The notes under the pieces were generated by a model that had not been told where the DNA came from, did not search any database, and was given only the letters and a program-made list of their open reading frames with translations. A stretch of 64,000 bases of DNA from Bacteroidota bacterium (lineage in GTDB: Bacteria > Bacteroidota > Bacteroidia > UBA7662 > JAYUJN01). Made by a program: the position numbers and the translations under genes. Below, piece after piece: positions 38,582-47,502 of the stretch (within the stretch, counting starts at the first letter, position 1; each line of letters begins with the position of its first letter). The stretch lies in assembly GCA_043765195.1 (NCBI GenBank), contig JAYUJN010000016.1, positions 17,761 through 81,760 of the forward strand. Reading direction: 5' to 3'.

Positions 38582-41221
38582 TTATAGGTTTTTGATTATG
38601 GCATCGTAGGCGTTTTGTAAGCCTGCGGGCTGGGTGCCGCCCGCCGTAGCCAAAAATGCCTGACCGCCGCCGCCGCCGCCAATGTGCGTGCTGGCGTGCT
38701 TTATGAGGTTGGTGGCACTTAGGTTTTGCGCCACGAGGTCGTCGGTGAGGGCTATGGCAAGGCTGGCTTTGCCCGCTATTTCAGCACCGAGTACAATGCA
38801 GGCATTTTGCCCAAAGCGCTGTTTTAGGTCGCTGGCTAACTTTTTGAGTGCGTCGGCGCTGGGTACGTCCACGGTGGTGGCTATGCAGTTTTTGCCATTT
38901 ATTTTGGTGGCGTTTTGCAGCAATGTTTGGGCGAGGGCGTGCAGTTTTTCGTCTTCTATTTTGTCTATGGTTTTGCGTAGGTTTTGGTTGTCGTCTGCCA
39001 TTTTTTGCAGTGCAGCTACGGCATCTTTTGGGTTGCCGAGCGTGGTTTGTAGCTGGTGTAGCAGTTGCAGTTTTTGGTTTACATAGTCCAAGGCACGCTG
39101 GGCAGTTATGGCTTCGATGCGCCGCACGCCCGCCGACACGCTGCTCTCGCTTATGAGCTTAAAAAAGCCAATTTCAGCAGTATTTTTTACGTGTATGCCC
39201 CCACAAAGCTCCACCGAAAACTGTGGGTCTATGATTACTACCCGCACTTTTTCGGTGTATTTTTCGCCAAAAAGTGCCATCGCCCCCATTTTTTTGGCTT
39301 CGGCTATGGGCGTATCCACGGCGGTGTGTACGGTTATGGCTTGGCTTATTTTTTGGTTCACCATGGTTTCTATGGCTTGCATTTCGTCGTCGGTGGTTTT
39401 ACCAAAATGCGCAAAATCAAAGCGCAGCAGCTCGGGGTTCACCAGCGAGCCTCGCTGCTCCACGTGCGTGCCCAGTACCTGGCGCAGGGCAGCTTGTAGC
39501 AAGTGCGTGCTGCTGTGGTTTTTTTGGGTGAGGGAACGGTTGGCGGTATTTATTTCGGCGGTAAAACTGGCTTCGGGGTGCTGCGGCAGCTTGTCTATGA
39601 GGTGAATAATGAGGTTGTTTTCCTTTTGGGTATCCAGCACCTGTATGGTTTCATTTTGGTTGAACAAAATGCCCGTATCGCCCACTTGCCCGCCACTTTC
39701 GGCGTAAAAAGGCGTGGGCGTTATCACGAGCTGCACCAGCTCCTTGCCCTTGGCGGTTACTTTTCGGTACTTTACTATTTCGGTTTGCACTCGGTGCAGG
39801 TCGTAGCCCACAAAATCTATTTTTTCTACGCCTTGCTGCACCTCCACCCAATCTTGGGCATCTATCACGGAGGCGGCTCTGGCACGCTGTTTTTGGGCTT
39901 GCATTTCGGCATCGAAGGCTGCTGTGTCTATTTCCAGCTCGTTTTCTTTGGCTATGAGGCTGGTCAAGTCCAGCGGAAAACCGAAGGTATCGTACAGCTC
40001 AAAAGCCACTTTACCGCTCAAAAGGCTGCCTACATTTTCGGTTTTGGCTTCTTTTATTACGGCATCGAGCCGCTTTAAACCGTTGGCAAGTGTGCGCAAA
40101 AATGCCTCTTCTTCTTGTTTTATAATTTTGGCTACAAAGTCTTTTTGGGCTACCAAATTTAAAAAAACGCCCTCGAACTGTGTGGCTAAAACGGCGACGA
40201 TTTCGTGCATAAAAGGCTCTTTAAAGCCCAAAAAAGTATAGCCGTAGCGCACTGCTCGGCGCAGAATGCGCCTGCACACGTACCCAGCGCCGTTGGCGCT
40301 GGGTAGCTGCCCGTCGGCTATGATAAACGAAACCGCCCGTATGTGGTCGGCGATTACACGCATGGCTACGTCGGTTTTTAGCTGGCTATCGGTGTTATAA
40401 TTGTATTTTATGCCCGAAAGTGCCTGTATTTTATCTATAATTGGCACAAAAACGTCGGTATCGTAGTTCGATTGTTTGTGTTGCAGCACCCTAACCAACC
40501 GCTCAAATCCCATGCCTGTATCCACGTGGGTTTGTTTGAGTGGCTCTAAATTGCCGTTTTTTAGGCGGTTGTATTGTATAAAAACGTTGTTCCAAATTTC
40601 TATCACTTGCGGGTGGTCTTTGTTCACCAAAAGGCTGCCGTGCACCGCCTCTATTTCGGGCTGGGTGCGGCAATCTATGTGAATTTCGGTGCAGGGTCCG
40701 CAGGGTCCGGTATCGCCCATTTCCCAAAAATTATCCTTTTTGTTTCCATACACTATGTGGCTCGGCTCTACGAGTTTTTGCCAGCAGGCAAGGGCGATGG
40801 TGGAGGCAGGAATGCCCTCTTTTTCGTCGCCCTCAAACACGGTTACGTACAGTTTTTCTTTGGGGATTTTATATACTTCGGTGAGCAGCTCCCACGCCCA
40901 AGTGATGGCTTCGCTCTTAAAATAATCGCCAAACGACCAGTTGCCCAGCATCTCAAACAGGGTGTGGTGGTAGGTGTCGTAGCCCACGTCTTCGAGGTCG
41001 TTGTGCTTGCCCGAAACCCGCAGGCAGGGCTGGCTGTCGGCAATTCGGGTGGCGGGCGGTATGGCATTGCCCAAAAAATAATCTTTAAACTGGTTCATGC
41101 CTGCGTTTGTAAACATGAGCGTGGGGTCGTTTTTGTTTACTACGGGCGCAGGCGGCACGATGAGGTGCTGCTTGGATTCAAAAAATTTTAGAAAATGTAA
41201 ACGAATTTCGGTAGAGGTCAT
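38582..41221 (-). CDS. alaS: Alanine--tRNA ligase
   Basis: Trimmed to the ATG at 41221 (MTSTEIRLHFLKFFESKQH), giving 879 aa, with the editing-domain HSSTHLL motif and a C-terminal GGGGG DHHA1-type region. Confidence 0.97.
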   Translation of the reverse strand: MTSTEIRLHFLKFFESKQHLIVPPAPVVNKNDPTLMFTNAGMNQFKDYFLGNAIPPATRIADSQPCLRVSGKHNDLEDVGYDTYHHTLFEMLGNWSFGDYFKSEAITWAWELLTEVYKIPKEKLYVTVFEGDEKEGIPASTIALACWQKLVEPSHIVYGNKKDNFWEMGDTGPCGPCTEIHIDCRTQPEIEAVHGSLLVNKDHPQVIEIWNNVFIQYNRLKNGNLEPLKQTHVDTGMGFERLVRVLQHKQSNYDTDVFVPIIDKIQALSGIKYNYNTDSQLKTDVAMRVIADHIRAVSFIIADGQLPSANGAGYVCRRILRRAVRYGYTFLGFKEPFMHEIVAVLATQFEGVFLNLVAQKDFVAKIIKQEEEAFLRTLANGLKRLDAVIKEAKTENVGSLLSGKVAFELYDTFGFPLDLTSLIAKENELEIDTAAFDAEMQAQKQRARAASVIDAQDWVEVQQGVEKIDFVGYDLHRVQTEIVKYRKVTAKGKELVQLVITPTPFYAESGGQVGDTGILFNQNETIQVLDTQKENNLIIHLIDKLPQHPEASFTAEINTANRSLTQKNHSSTHLLQAALRQVLGTHVEQRGSLVNPELLRFDFAHFGKTTDDEMQAIETMVNQKISQAITVHTAVDTPIAEAKKMGAMALFGEKYTEKVRVVIIDPQFSVELCGGIHVKNTAEIGFFKLISESSVSAGVRRIEAITAQRALDYVNQKLQLLHQLQTTLGNPKDAVAALQKMADDNQNLRKTIDKIEDEKLHALAQTLLQNATKINGKNCIATTVDVPSADALKKLASDLKQRFGQNACIVLGAEIAGKASLAIALTDDLVAQNLSATNLIKHASTHIGGGGGGQAFLATAGGTQPAGLQNAYDAIIKNL

Positions 41222-41239
41222 TTTGTGGTTGCTTTGGTA

Positions 41240-41247
41240 CAAAAGTA
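41240..41247 (-). promoter_or_regulatory. -7 box TACTTTTG upstream of alaS
   Basis: The plus strand reads caaaagta, 19 nt upstream of the ATG at 41221. This supports the trimmed start. Confidence 0.55.
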
Positions 41248-41322
41248 CAAAAAATATTAAATTTGAGCGGGTTTTTTTAGCCCAAATGGACAAACGGTGT
41301 GCATTTCAACGCATTTTTTTTG

Positions 41323-41330
41323 TAGCTTTG
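41323..41330 (+). promoter_or_regulatory. -7 box TAGCTTTG upstream of pepP
   Basis: Matches TAnnTTTG and lies 60 nt upstream of the ATG at 41390. Confidence 0.45.
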
Positions 41331-41389
41331 TAAAATATAAGTGCCTGCAAAGGCATCATGCCCCAAAACACCGACCCAAACCCACCAAT

Positions 41390-42679
41390 ATGCGCCACCT
41401 ACCGATAGACAAGCAACTTTTTATAGACAATAGAGCCAAATTTGTGGCTCAGATGCAGCCCAACGCCATAGCGGTGTTTGTGAGCAACGATGTGATGCCA
41501 CGCAACGGCGATGCGCACTATAAATTTAGGCAAAATACGGAGCTTTACTGGCTCACGGGCATTGCCCAAGAGGAAACCTACCTGATTTTGTACCCCGATG
41601 CACCGCTGCCCGAGCAGCGAGAAATGCTGTTTTTGCGCCCCACCAGCGATACCATAGCCGTGTGGGAAGGGCATAAATTTACCATAGCCGAAGCCAAAAA
41701 CCAAACTGGGATAGCCAACATAAAATGGCATAGTGCGTTTGAAGGCACGCTGCACAACCTCATAAAATTTGCGGACCATTGCTACCTAAACCTGAACGAA
41801 AACGACCGTGCGCACACGCACGTAGCCACGGCAGAACTCAAATTTGCACGTGAGCTGCAAAGCCAGTTTCCGCTGCACAGCTACCTGCGCAGCGCACCCA
41901 TTTTGCGGCAGCTCCGAGCCGTGCGCCACCCGCTGGAACTCGATGTGGTAAAAACCGCCATAGACATTACGCACCGAGGCTTGGAAAATATACTAAAAAT
42001 GATAAAACCCCAAACCGCCGAATACGAAATAGAAGCCGAGCTTTCACGCACTTTTATTGGCAATAGAGCCAACGGGTTTTCGTTTGACCCGATAATAGCC
42101 AGCGGAAAAAACGCCTGCATACTGCACTACACCGACAACAACCAACTGTGCCAGAGCGGCGACCTGATACTCATGGATTTTGGGGCGGATTATGGCTACT
42201 ACGCCGCCGATATGACCCGCTGCGCACCCGTAAACGGCACATTTAGCCCACGCCAAAAACAAATATACAACGCCGTACTCAACGTAATGCGCCAAGCCAC
42301 ACAGCTACTCACCACCCAAAACAGCCTGCACGAGTACAACACGCAAGCCGCCAAAATTATGGAAACCGAGCTACTAAGCCTCGGCTTAATTACCCAAGAC
42401 CAAATAAACAAACAAGACCCCGAGAACCCCGCCTATAAAAAATATTTTATGCACGGCACGGGGCATTTTTTGGGCATAGATGTACACGACATAGGCGCAA
42501 GATACCAAAAGCTACAACCGAATATGGTAATAACCTGTGAACCAGGCATTTACATACCCGAAGAAGGGTTGGGCATACGCCTCGAAAACGACATACTCAT
42601 CACAGACCAGCAGCCCATAGACCTAATGAGCCACATACCCATAGAAACAGCCCACATAGAGCAACTGATGCGAGGGTGA
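41390..42679 (+). CDS. pepP: Xaa-Pro aminopeptidase (M24B)
   Basis: Trimmed to the ATG at 41390 (MRHLPIDKQLF), giving 429 aa, with M24 metal ligand regions DFGADYGYYAADMTR, HGTGHFLGIDVHD and EPGIYIPE. Confidence 0.88.
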   Translation: MRHLPIDKQLFIDNRAKFVAQMQPNAIAVFVSNDVMPRNGDAHYKFRQNTELYWLTGIAQEETYLILYPDAPLPEQREMLFLRPTSDTIAVWEGHKFTIAEAKNQTGIANIKWHSAFEGTLHNLIKFADHCYLNLNENDRAHTHVATAELKFARELQSQFPLHSYLRSAPILRQLRAVRHPLELDVVKTAIDITHRGLENILKMIKPQTAEYEIEAELSRTFIGNRANGFSFDPIIASGKNACILHYTDNNQLCQSGDLILMDFGADYGYYAADMTRCAPVNGTFSPRQKQIYNAVLNVMRQATQLLTTQNSLHEYNTQAAKIMETELLSLGLITQDQINKQDPENPAYKKYFMHGTGHFLGIDVHDIGARYQKLQPNMVITCEPGIYIPEEGLGIRLENDILITDQQPIDLMSHIPIETAHIEQLMRG

Positions 42680-42746
42680 GGTGAGGGAAGGTGGGGCTTT
42701 GTGCTACGCTAACTGGTAAAACTGTACAGACTTAATGAGAAATATC

Positions 42747-42754
42747 TACCTTTG
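42747..42754 (+). promoter_or_regulatory. -7 box TACCTTTG upstream of the ATPase/nuclease-like operon
   Basis: Matches TAnnTTTG and lies 21 nt upstream of the ATG at 42775. Confidence 0.55.
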
Positions 42755-42774
42755 TAGGCAAAATTTGAAAAATA

Positions 42775-43926
42775 ATGAAAGAATCTATACATATAAAAAA
42801 TTTAGGTCCGATAAAAGATATTTTTATTGAAGATATAAAGCCTATCACAGTTTTAATTGGAGAGTCGGGGAGCGGAAAAAGTACCCTGATGAAAGCAATA
42901 GCACTTTTTAGGTGGCTATACAAAATGCACAATATTCGCTCGTATCTCAAAAGAAGTAAAGTTTCAAAAAGCCCATTTAGGTTTAGAATGGATACTTATT
43001 TTAAAAATTGTGGCTTTGACCAGTATTTAAAATACAACCCAGAGATAATCTATACCGTTAAATTTGAAAATGGAAATACATACACAATCAAATTTGCAAA
43101 TAACAAATTGACGGGAACAAGTGATAAAGACTTAGTACAATCAACTGATTTGCAATACAGCAAATTAAGTTTTATTTCTGAAACAAGAAATGTCATTCCT
43201 TTGTGGGCTGATAAGGGTGCGTCTTTATCGGGCGGATATTTAGGATTTTATTTTCACGAAGTATATAATGACTTTGTTTTGGCTTCGGAAAGTTTAAAGG
43301 AATTAGATGTTTCGTATTTAGACTTAAAATTATCTGTCAAAAGAGTACAATCTGAAAAAAAATACCTAATTCAGGGTAAAACAAACAAGTATGAAATTGA
43401 TTTTAAGAATAGTTCGTCGGGGACACAAAATGCGATACCCGTTTCATTGGTTGCTGAACATTTTTCCAATCATTTTGACTTCGAAGATGCCTTTAACCGA
43501 ACTCTTTTGAAGTTTTTGAGTCAGACAGATAATATTACAGATTTTAAACCTGTAAAAAACTTAGGGGACATTCAAAAAAAACTTTATATACACATTGAAG
43601 AGCCTGAATTAAGTTTGTACCCAGATGCGCAATGTGAACTTGTAAGTGATTTAATTTCAAAATGTTTCATTAAAAATACAAATGAAATTGAACTGATTTT
43701 CTCGACACATAGCCCATATATCATAAATCATTTGAATTTATTAATTAAGGCAAATGATAGCAATAAACTAATTGATGGTGCTAAAATTTCATTTGAAAAC
43801 TTGGCGGTTTATCAGGTTGAAGAGGGAAAAATAGAAAACTTGATGGTTCAAAATGAGCGAATAATAAACACAAATCCGCTTTCGGACACCATCAATAATA
43901 TTTATGACCAATATGCACAGTTATAG
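42775..43926 (+). CDS. ABC/SMC-like AAA ATPase (AAA_15/AAA_21-type), first gene of a putative defence pair
   Basis: 383 aa. Walker A is VLIGESGSGKSTL. Walker B/D-loop is LYIHIEEPELSLYP. The H-loop is IFSTHSPYIINHL. About 240 aa separate Walker A from Walker B, as in AAA_21/OLD/PtuA/AriA-type ATPases. The gene is strongly AT-rich compared with pepP. Confidence 0.85.
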   Translation: MKESIHIKNLGPIKDIFIEDIKPITVLIGESGSGKSTLMKAIALFRWLYKMHNIRSYLKRSKVSKSPFRFRMDTYFKNCGFDQYLKYNPEIIYTVKFENGNTYTIKFANNKLTGTSDKDLVQSTDLQYSKLSFISETRNVIPLWADKGASLSGGYLGFYFHEVYNDFVLASESLKELDVSYLDLKLSVKRVQSEKKYLIQGKTNKYEIDFKNSSSGTQNAIPVSLVAEHFSNHFDFEDAFNRTLLKFLSQTDNITDFKPVKNLGDIQKKLYIHIEEPELSLYPDAQCELVSDLISKCFIKNTNEIELIFSTHSPYIINHLNLLIKANDSNKLIDGAKISFENLAVYQVEEGKIENLMVQNERIINTNPLSDTINNIYDQYAQL

Positions 43927-44554
43927 CAATATGGAAAATTTACTTACAAATAATTTCGTTTCGCACTATAATATTCCTCTACCAACAACAAATTGGGCAA
44001 TAAAAACACAAGAGCGATATTTTGAGGTTGAAGATACAAATGCAGGAGAAATTCAACTGCATACAAGTAGAGGTGCAGGAATGGCAAAATTTTCGAACCA
44101 AGATACGCTTGAACTTACCATCATCAATTACGACGGGTTTATAACATCAATACCTGATGAAGTTTTTAAAAGTGGTAGAAAAAGATGCGATATACTTGTA
44201 ACTTGCAATACAGATAGGTATTTTATTTTGGGCGAAATTAAAGACAGGTCTGTGCTTAATCAAAACACACAAAAGAATGTTAGAAAAGAAGCTAAAAAAC
44301 AACTTATTTCGTCGCTTAACACAATTTTAGCAGTGCCTGAAATTATTAGCTACCTAAATCTTAAAGTTGTAAAGCGTTGTTGCTATTTCAACAAACAATC
44401 GGCTTCTCCTATAATTTTAAGTGCAACAACAGCTTTTAACCGACTTCTAAGTTTTTATCCCGAAGGCTTTAAAATGAGTAACCCCGACATGGAAAACTTA
44501 GGCTTTGAGTTTTACGAATATACAGGAGAGCAAACAATGGTGTTAAAAAACTAA
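43904..44554 (+). CDS. Small protein with a PD-(D/E)XK-like motif (putative nuclease effector)
   Basis: 216 aa. Alternative ATG starts are at 43913 and at 43931 (MENLL, 4 nt after the upstream stop). The 43904 start overlaps the ATPase gene by 23 nt. The motif is KRCDILVTCNTDRYFILGEIKDR, i.e. D...(E-x-K) on adjacent predicted strands, followed by a helix with KKQLISSL. I see no HNH or TOPRIM signature. Confidence 0.5.
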   Translation: MTNMHSYSNMENLLTNNFVSHYNIPLPTTNWAIKTQERYFEVEDTNAGEIQLHTSRGAGMAKFSNQDTLELTIINYDGFITSIPDEVFKSGRKRCDILVTCNTDRYFILGEIKDRSVLNQNTQKNVRKEAKKQLISSLNTILAVPEIISYLNLKVVKRCCYFNKQSASPIILSATTAFNRLLSFYPEGFKMSNPDMENLGFEFYEYTGEQTMVLKN

Positions 44555-44669
44555 AAATGTCATGGCTCTAATTAACATTAGACTGAACTTTACGCCAATT
44601 TTAATATTTCTACCTCTAACTCCAAACAACTAAACCGACCAGCTACGAAACGACAACAAGACGATAAAA

Positions 44670-46025
44670 ATGCAAAGAAGAAAGTTTTTAAAAGATACGA
44701 TAACGGGGCTACCCTTGCTATTTTTCACGCCTACACTTTTGGCGAGCTGTGGCAAGGGTAATGTTGCGCCCAACGGCAAAACGGTGGCGGTAATCGGCGG
44801 CGGAATTTCGGGGCTTGCTGCGGCTAAAAAACTCAAAGAAAAGGGCTTTACCGTCGTCGTTTTGGAGGCACAAGAAAAAGTAGGCGGACGAATACGCACC
44901 GACCGAAGCCTCGGCGTGGCTTTTGACGAGGGTGCGAGCTGGATACACGGACCAAACGGCAACCCAATTAAAAGTTTGGCTGCACAATCGGGGGCAAATA
45001 CTTTTCTGACTGCTGACGACAACGTGGTAGTTTTTGACAACAACGGAACAGCCTACCCAGACACGGTTTTGACCAATGCCGAAAATCAGTTTAACAACGC
45101 TTTAAATGCGGTTAGAAGTGCAGGAACGCAAACCCAAAGTTTTCAGACCATATTCAATTCACTTTACCCAGCACAAACCAACGACAGGCTTTGGAAGTAC
45201 ATGCTTTCTGCTTATTTGGAGTTTAATACGGGCGCAGATATTTCAAAATTGTCCTCAAAGTTTTTTGACGACGACGACGAATTTAACGGCGCAGACGTGA
45301 TTGTTACAAATGGCTACGACAAACTAACCAACTTTTTAGCCACGGATTTGGATATTAGGCTAAATACACGAGTTTCGGGCATCAATTATGCAAACGCAAG
45401 GGTAAATATATCTACCAACGCCAGCAACATAGAGGCTGATTATGTAATCGTTTCCGTTCCGCTGGGTGTGCTAAAAAACAATGCCATTGCTTTTACGCCT
45501 GCATTGCCCACAAGTAAAATTAGTGCCATCAACGACACAAACATGGGCAATGTGAACAAATTTTTGCTGGTTTGGGATACGCCGTTTTGGGATACCAACC
45601 TGCAATACATAGGCTACACGCCCGATACAAAGGGAAAGTTTAATTATTTTCTTAATCTTAAAAAATTTAGCGCATCAAATGCACTAATGACTTTTGCTTT
45701 TGGCGACTATGCCACGGCAACCGAAAGCATGACCGACAGCGAAATTATAAACGAAATAATGCTCCATTTAAAAAGCATTTATGGCAGCGGCATTGCCAGT
45801 CCCACCAATTTTTTGAGAACAAAATGGGGGCAAAACCTAAATGCTTACGGTGCTTATTCTTATGCCACAAATGGCTCAACGTCCTCCGATTTTGATACAC
45901 TGGCAAGCGAAGTGAGCAATAAACTGTTTTTTGCTGGCGAACACACCGAAAAAGCATACAGAGGCACGGTTCACGGCGCATATTTGAGCGGATTGCGTGA
46001 AGCCGACAAGATAATAAGCCTGTAA
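44670..46025 (+). CDS. FAD-dependent amine oxidase, predicted Tat-exported lipoprotein
   Basis: 451 aa. MQRRKFLKDTITGLPLLFFTPTLLASCG carries a twin-Arg motif plus a lipobox Cys. The dinucleotide fold is VAVIGGGISGLAAAKKLKEKGFTVVVLEAQEKVGGR. The C-terminal FFAGEHT is typical of flavin amine oxidases. Confidence 0.85.
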   Translation: MQRRKFLKDTITGLPLLFFTPTLLASCGKGNVAPNGKTVAVIGGGISGLAAAKKLKEKGFTVVVLEAQEKVGGRIRTDRSLGVAFDEGASWIHGPNGNPIKSLAAQSGANTFLTADDNVVVFDNNGTAYPDTVLTNAENQFNNALNAVRSAGTQTQSFQTIFNSLYPAQTNDRLWKYMLSAYLEFNTGADISKLSSKFFDDDDEFNGADVIVTNGYDKLTNFLATDLDIRLNTRVSGINYANARVNISTNASNIEADYVIVSVPLGVLKNNAIAFTPALPTSKISAINDTNMGNVNKFLLVWDTPFWDTNLQYIGYTPDTKGKFNYFLNLKKFSASNALMTFAFGDYATATESMTDSEIINEIMLHLKSIYGSGIASPTNFLRTKWGQNLNAYGAYSYATNGSTSSDFDTLASEVSNKLFFAGEHTEKAYRGTVHGAYLSGLREADKIISL

Positions 46026-46042
46026 CGACAATTAGACGAAAC

Positions 46043-46624
46043 ATGAACCCGATATTTTTTGAAACTCAATTGGAATTTAGAGAATGGTTAGAAAAAAACC
46101 ATAGAACCGAAACCGAGCTAATCGTTGGTTTTTACAAAATAAATACCAAAAAACCTTGTATGAATTGGTCGCAGTCGGTGGACGAAGCCCTTTGTTTTGG
46201 TTGGATTGACGGCGTGAGAAAATCTATTGACAAAGAAAGTTATTGTATTCGGTTTACACCCAGAAAAAATACGAGCATTTGGAGTGCTGTAAATATTGCA
46301 AAAATTGAGCATTTGACAGCGCAGGGGCTTATGCACAGCGCAGGACTTGATATTTACGAACACCGAACAGAAAACAAGTCGAGAATATATGCTTTTGAAA
46401 ATGAAGAGGTAAAATTGACGGCAGAATTTGAGCAACAATTTAAGCAAAATAAAATTGCGTGGGCGTATTTTCAAACCCTTGCGCCAACGTATAGAAAGCC
46501 CTCGCTGAATTGGGTAATGAACGCAAAACAGGAAGCAACCAAAATTAAACGCCTGAGCGAACTTATTACAGATAGTGCCGCCCAAACCAACAAATGGAAA
46601 CACAATAAATACAATAAAAAGTAA
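46043..46624 (+). CDS. YdeI/OmpD-associated family protein
   Basis: 193 aa. FREWLEKNH...GFYK...EALCFGWIDGVRKSID...RFTPRK resembles the YdeI (DUF1801-related) family. Confidence 0.65.
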   Translation: MNPIFFETQLEFREWLEKNHRTETELIVGFYKINTKKPCMNWSQSVDEALCFGWIDGVRKSIDKESYCIRFTPRKNTSIWSAVNIAKIEHLTAQGLMHSAGLDIYEHRTENKSRIYAFENEEVKLTAEFEQQFKQNKIAWAYFQTLAPTYRKPSLNWVMNAKQEATKIKRLSELITDSAAQTNKWKHNKYNKK

Positions 46625-46725
46625 AGCGAAGTAAAAAACATCAAACAACAACACGCAGAACCAAATTAGCATATTGGATAAAATTATAGATAAGCCCTTA
46701 CAGACCAAAGTTAAAACATAAAATA

Positions 46726-47502
46726 GTGTATTATATAATTCAAGAAAATATTTTTAGAGAACCAAATTATGACAACATTTTTTTGGTTTTAGAAAAACTG
46801 CATTTGTCATTTGAAATTGTAAAAATAGAACCATTTATGGAAAATTTTGCTTTTAAAACTGATTTAGAAAATGTATTTGTATATGGTTCGGTGAAACTGG
46901 CAAAGTTGGCACAACAATATAAATTTAAACCAGGTTCTTTTTATGGAGGCAACCATTCATTTGAAATATACTCAAAATATTATGGTGAAAATTTATTAAA
47001 CTTTGATAGTGAAATCTCCGAGTTTGGAAAAAAATTGAAATGGGAAATTGGAGAAGAAAAATTTATACGACCAAGCCAAGACGCAAAAGTTTTTACAGGA
47101 AAGAAATTCACCGAAATAAAATGGAATGATTTTGTTGAACAAACGCTAAATAACAAAGAAAAAATCCCTTTAAACAAAGATACTAAAATTCAAATTACTC
47201 AACCAAAACGAATTTACAAGGAAGCCAGAATTTGGATAGTTGATGGAAAAGTAGTTACAAGTTCATATTATCTTTTTCATGGCAATATTGAGTTTGAAGA
47301 AAATGTAGGCATTAACGGAATAAATTTTGCAGAAAAAATGGCAAAAATATATGAAGTAGCAGATGCTTTTGTGATGGATATTTGCTTGACGAATGAGGGC
47401 TGGAAAATAGTTGAAATTAATTGTGTAAATAGTGCGGGATTTTACAAAGCTGATATTGAAAAATTAATAACTGCATTAGAAGAAAAATTTAACCATATTT
47501 AA
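46726..47502 (+). CDS. ATP-grasp domain protein (DUF4343/R2K-like)
   Basis: 258 aa with a GTG start. FIRPSQDAKVFTGKKF is the Lys-containing ATP strand; EARIWIVDGKVV follows; FVMDICLTNEGWKIVEINCVNSAGFY is the D...E-x-N Mg/ATP-grasp signature. The gene is very AT-rich. Confidence 0.65.
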   Translation: MYYIIQENIFREPNYDNIFLVLEKLHLSFEIVKIEPFMENFAFKTDLENVFVYGSVKLAKLAQQYKFKPGSFYGGNHSFEIYSKYYGENLLNFDSEISEFGKKLKWEIGEEKFIRPSQDAKVFTGKKFTEIKWNDFVEQTLNNKEKIPLNKDTKIQITQPKRIYKEARIWIVDGKVVTSSYYLFHGNIEFEENVGINGINFAEKMAKIYEVADAFVMDICLTNEGWKIVEINCVNSAGFYKADIEKLITALEEKFNHI

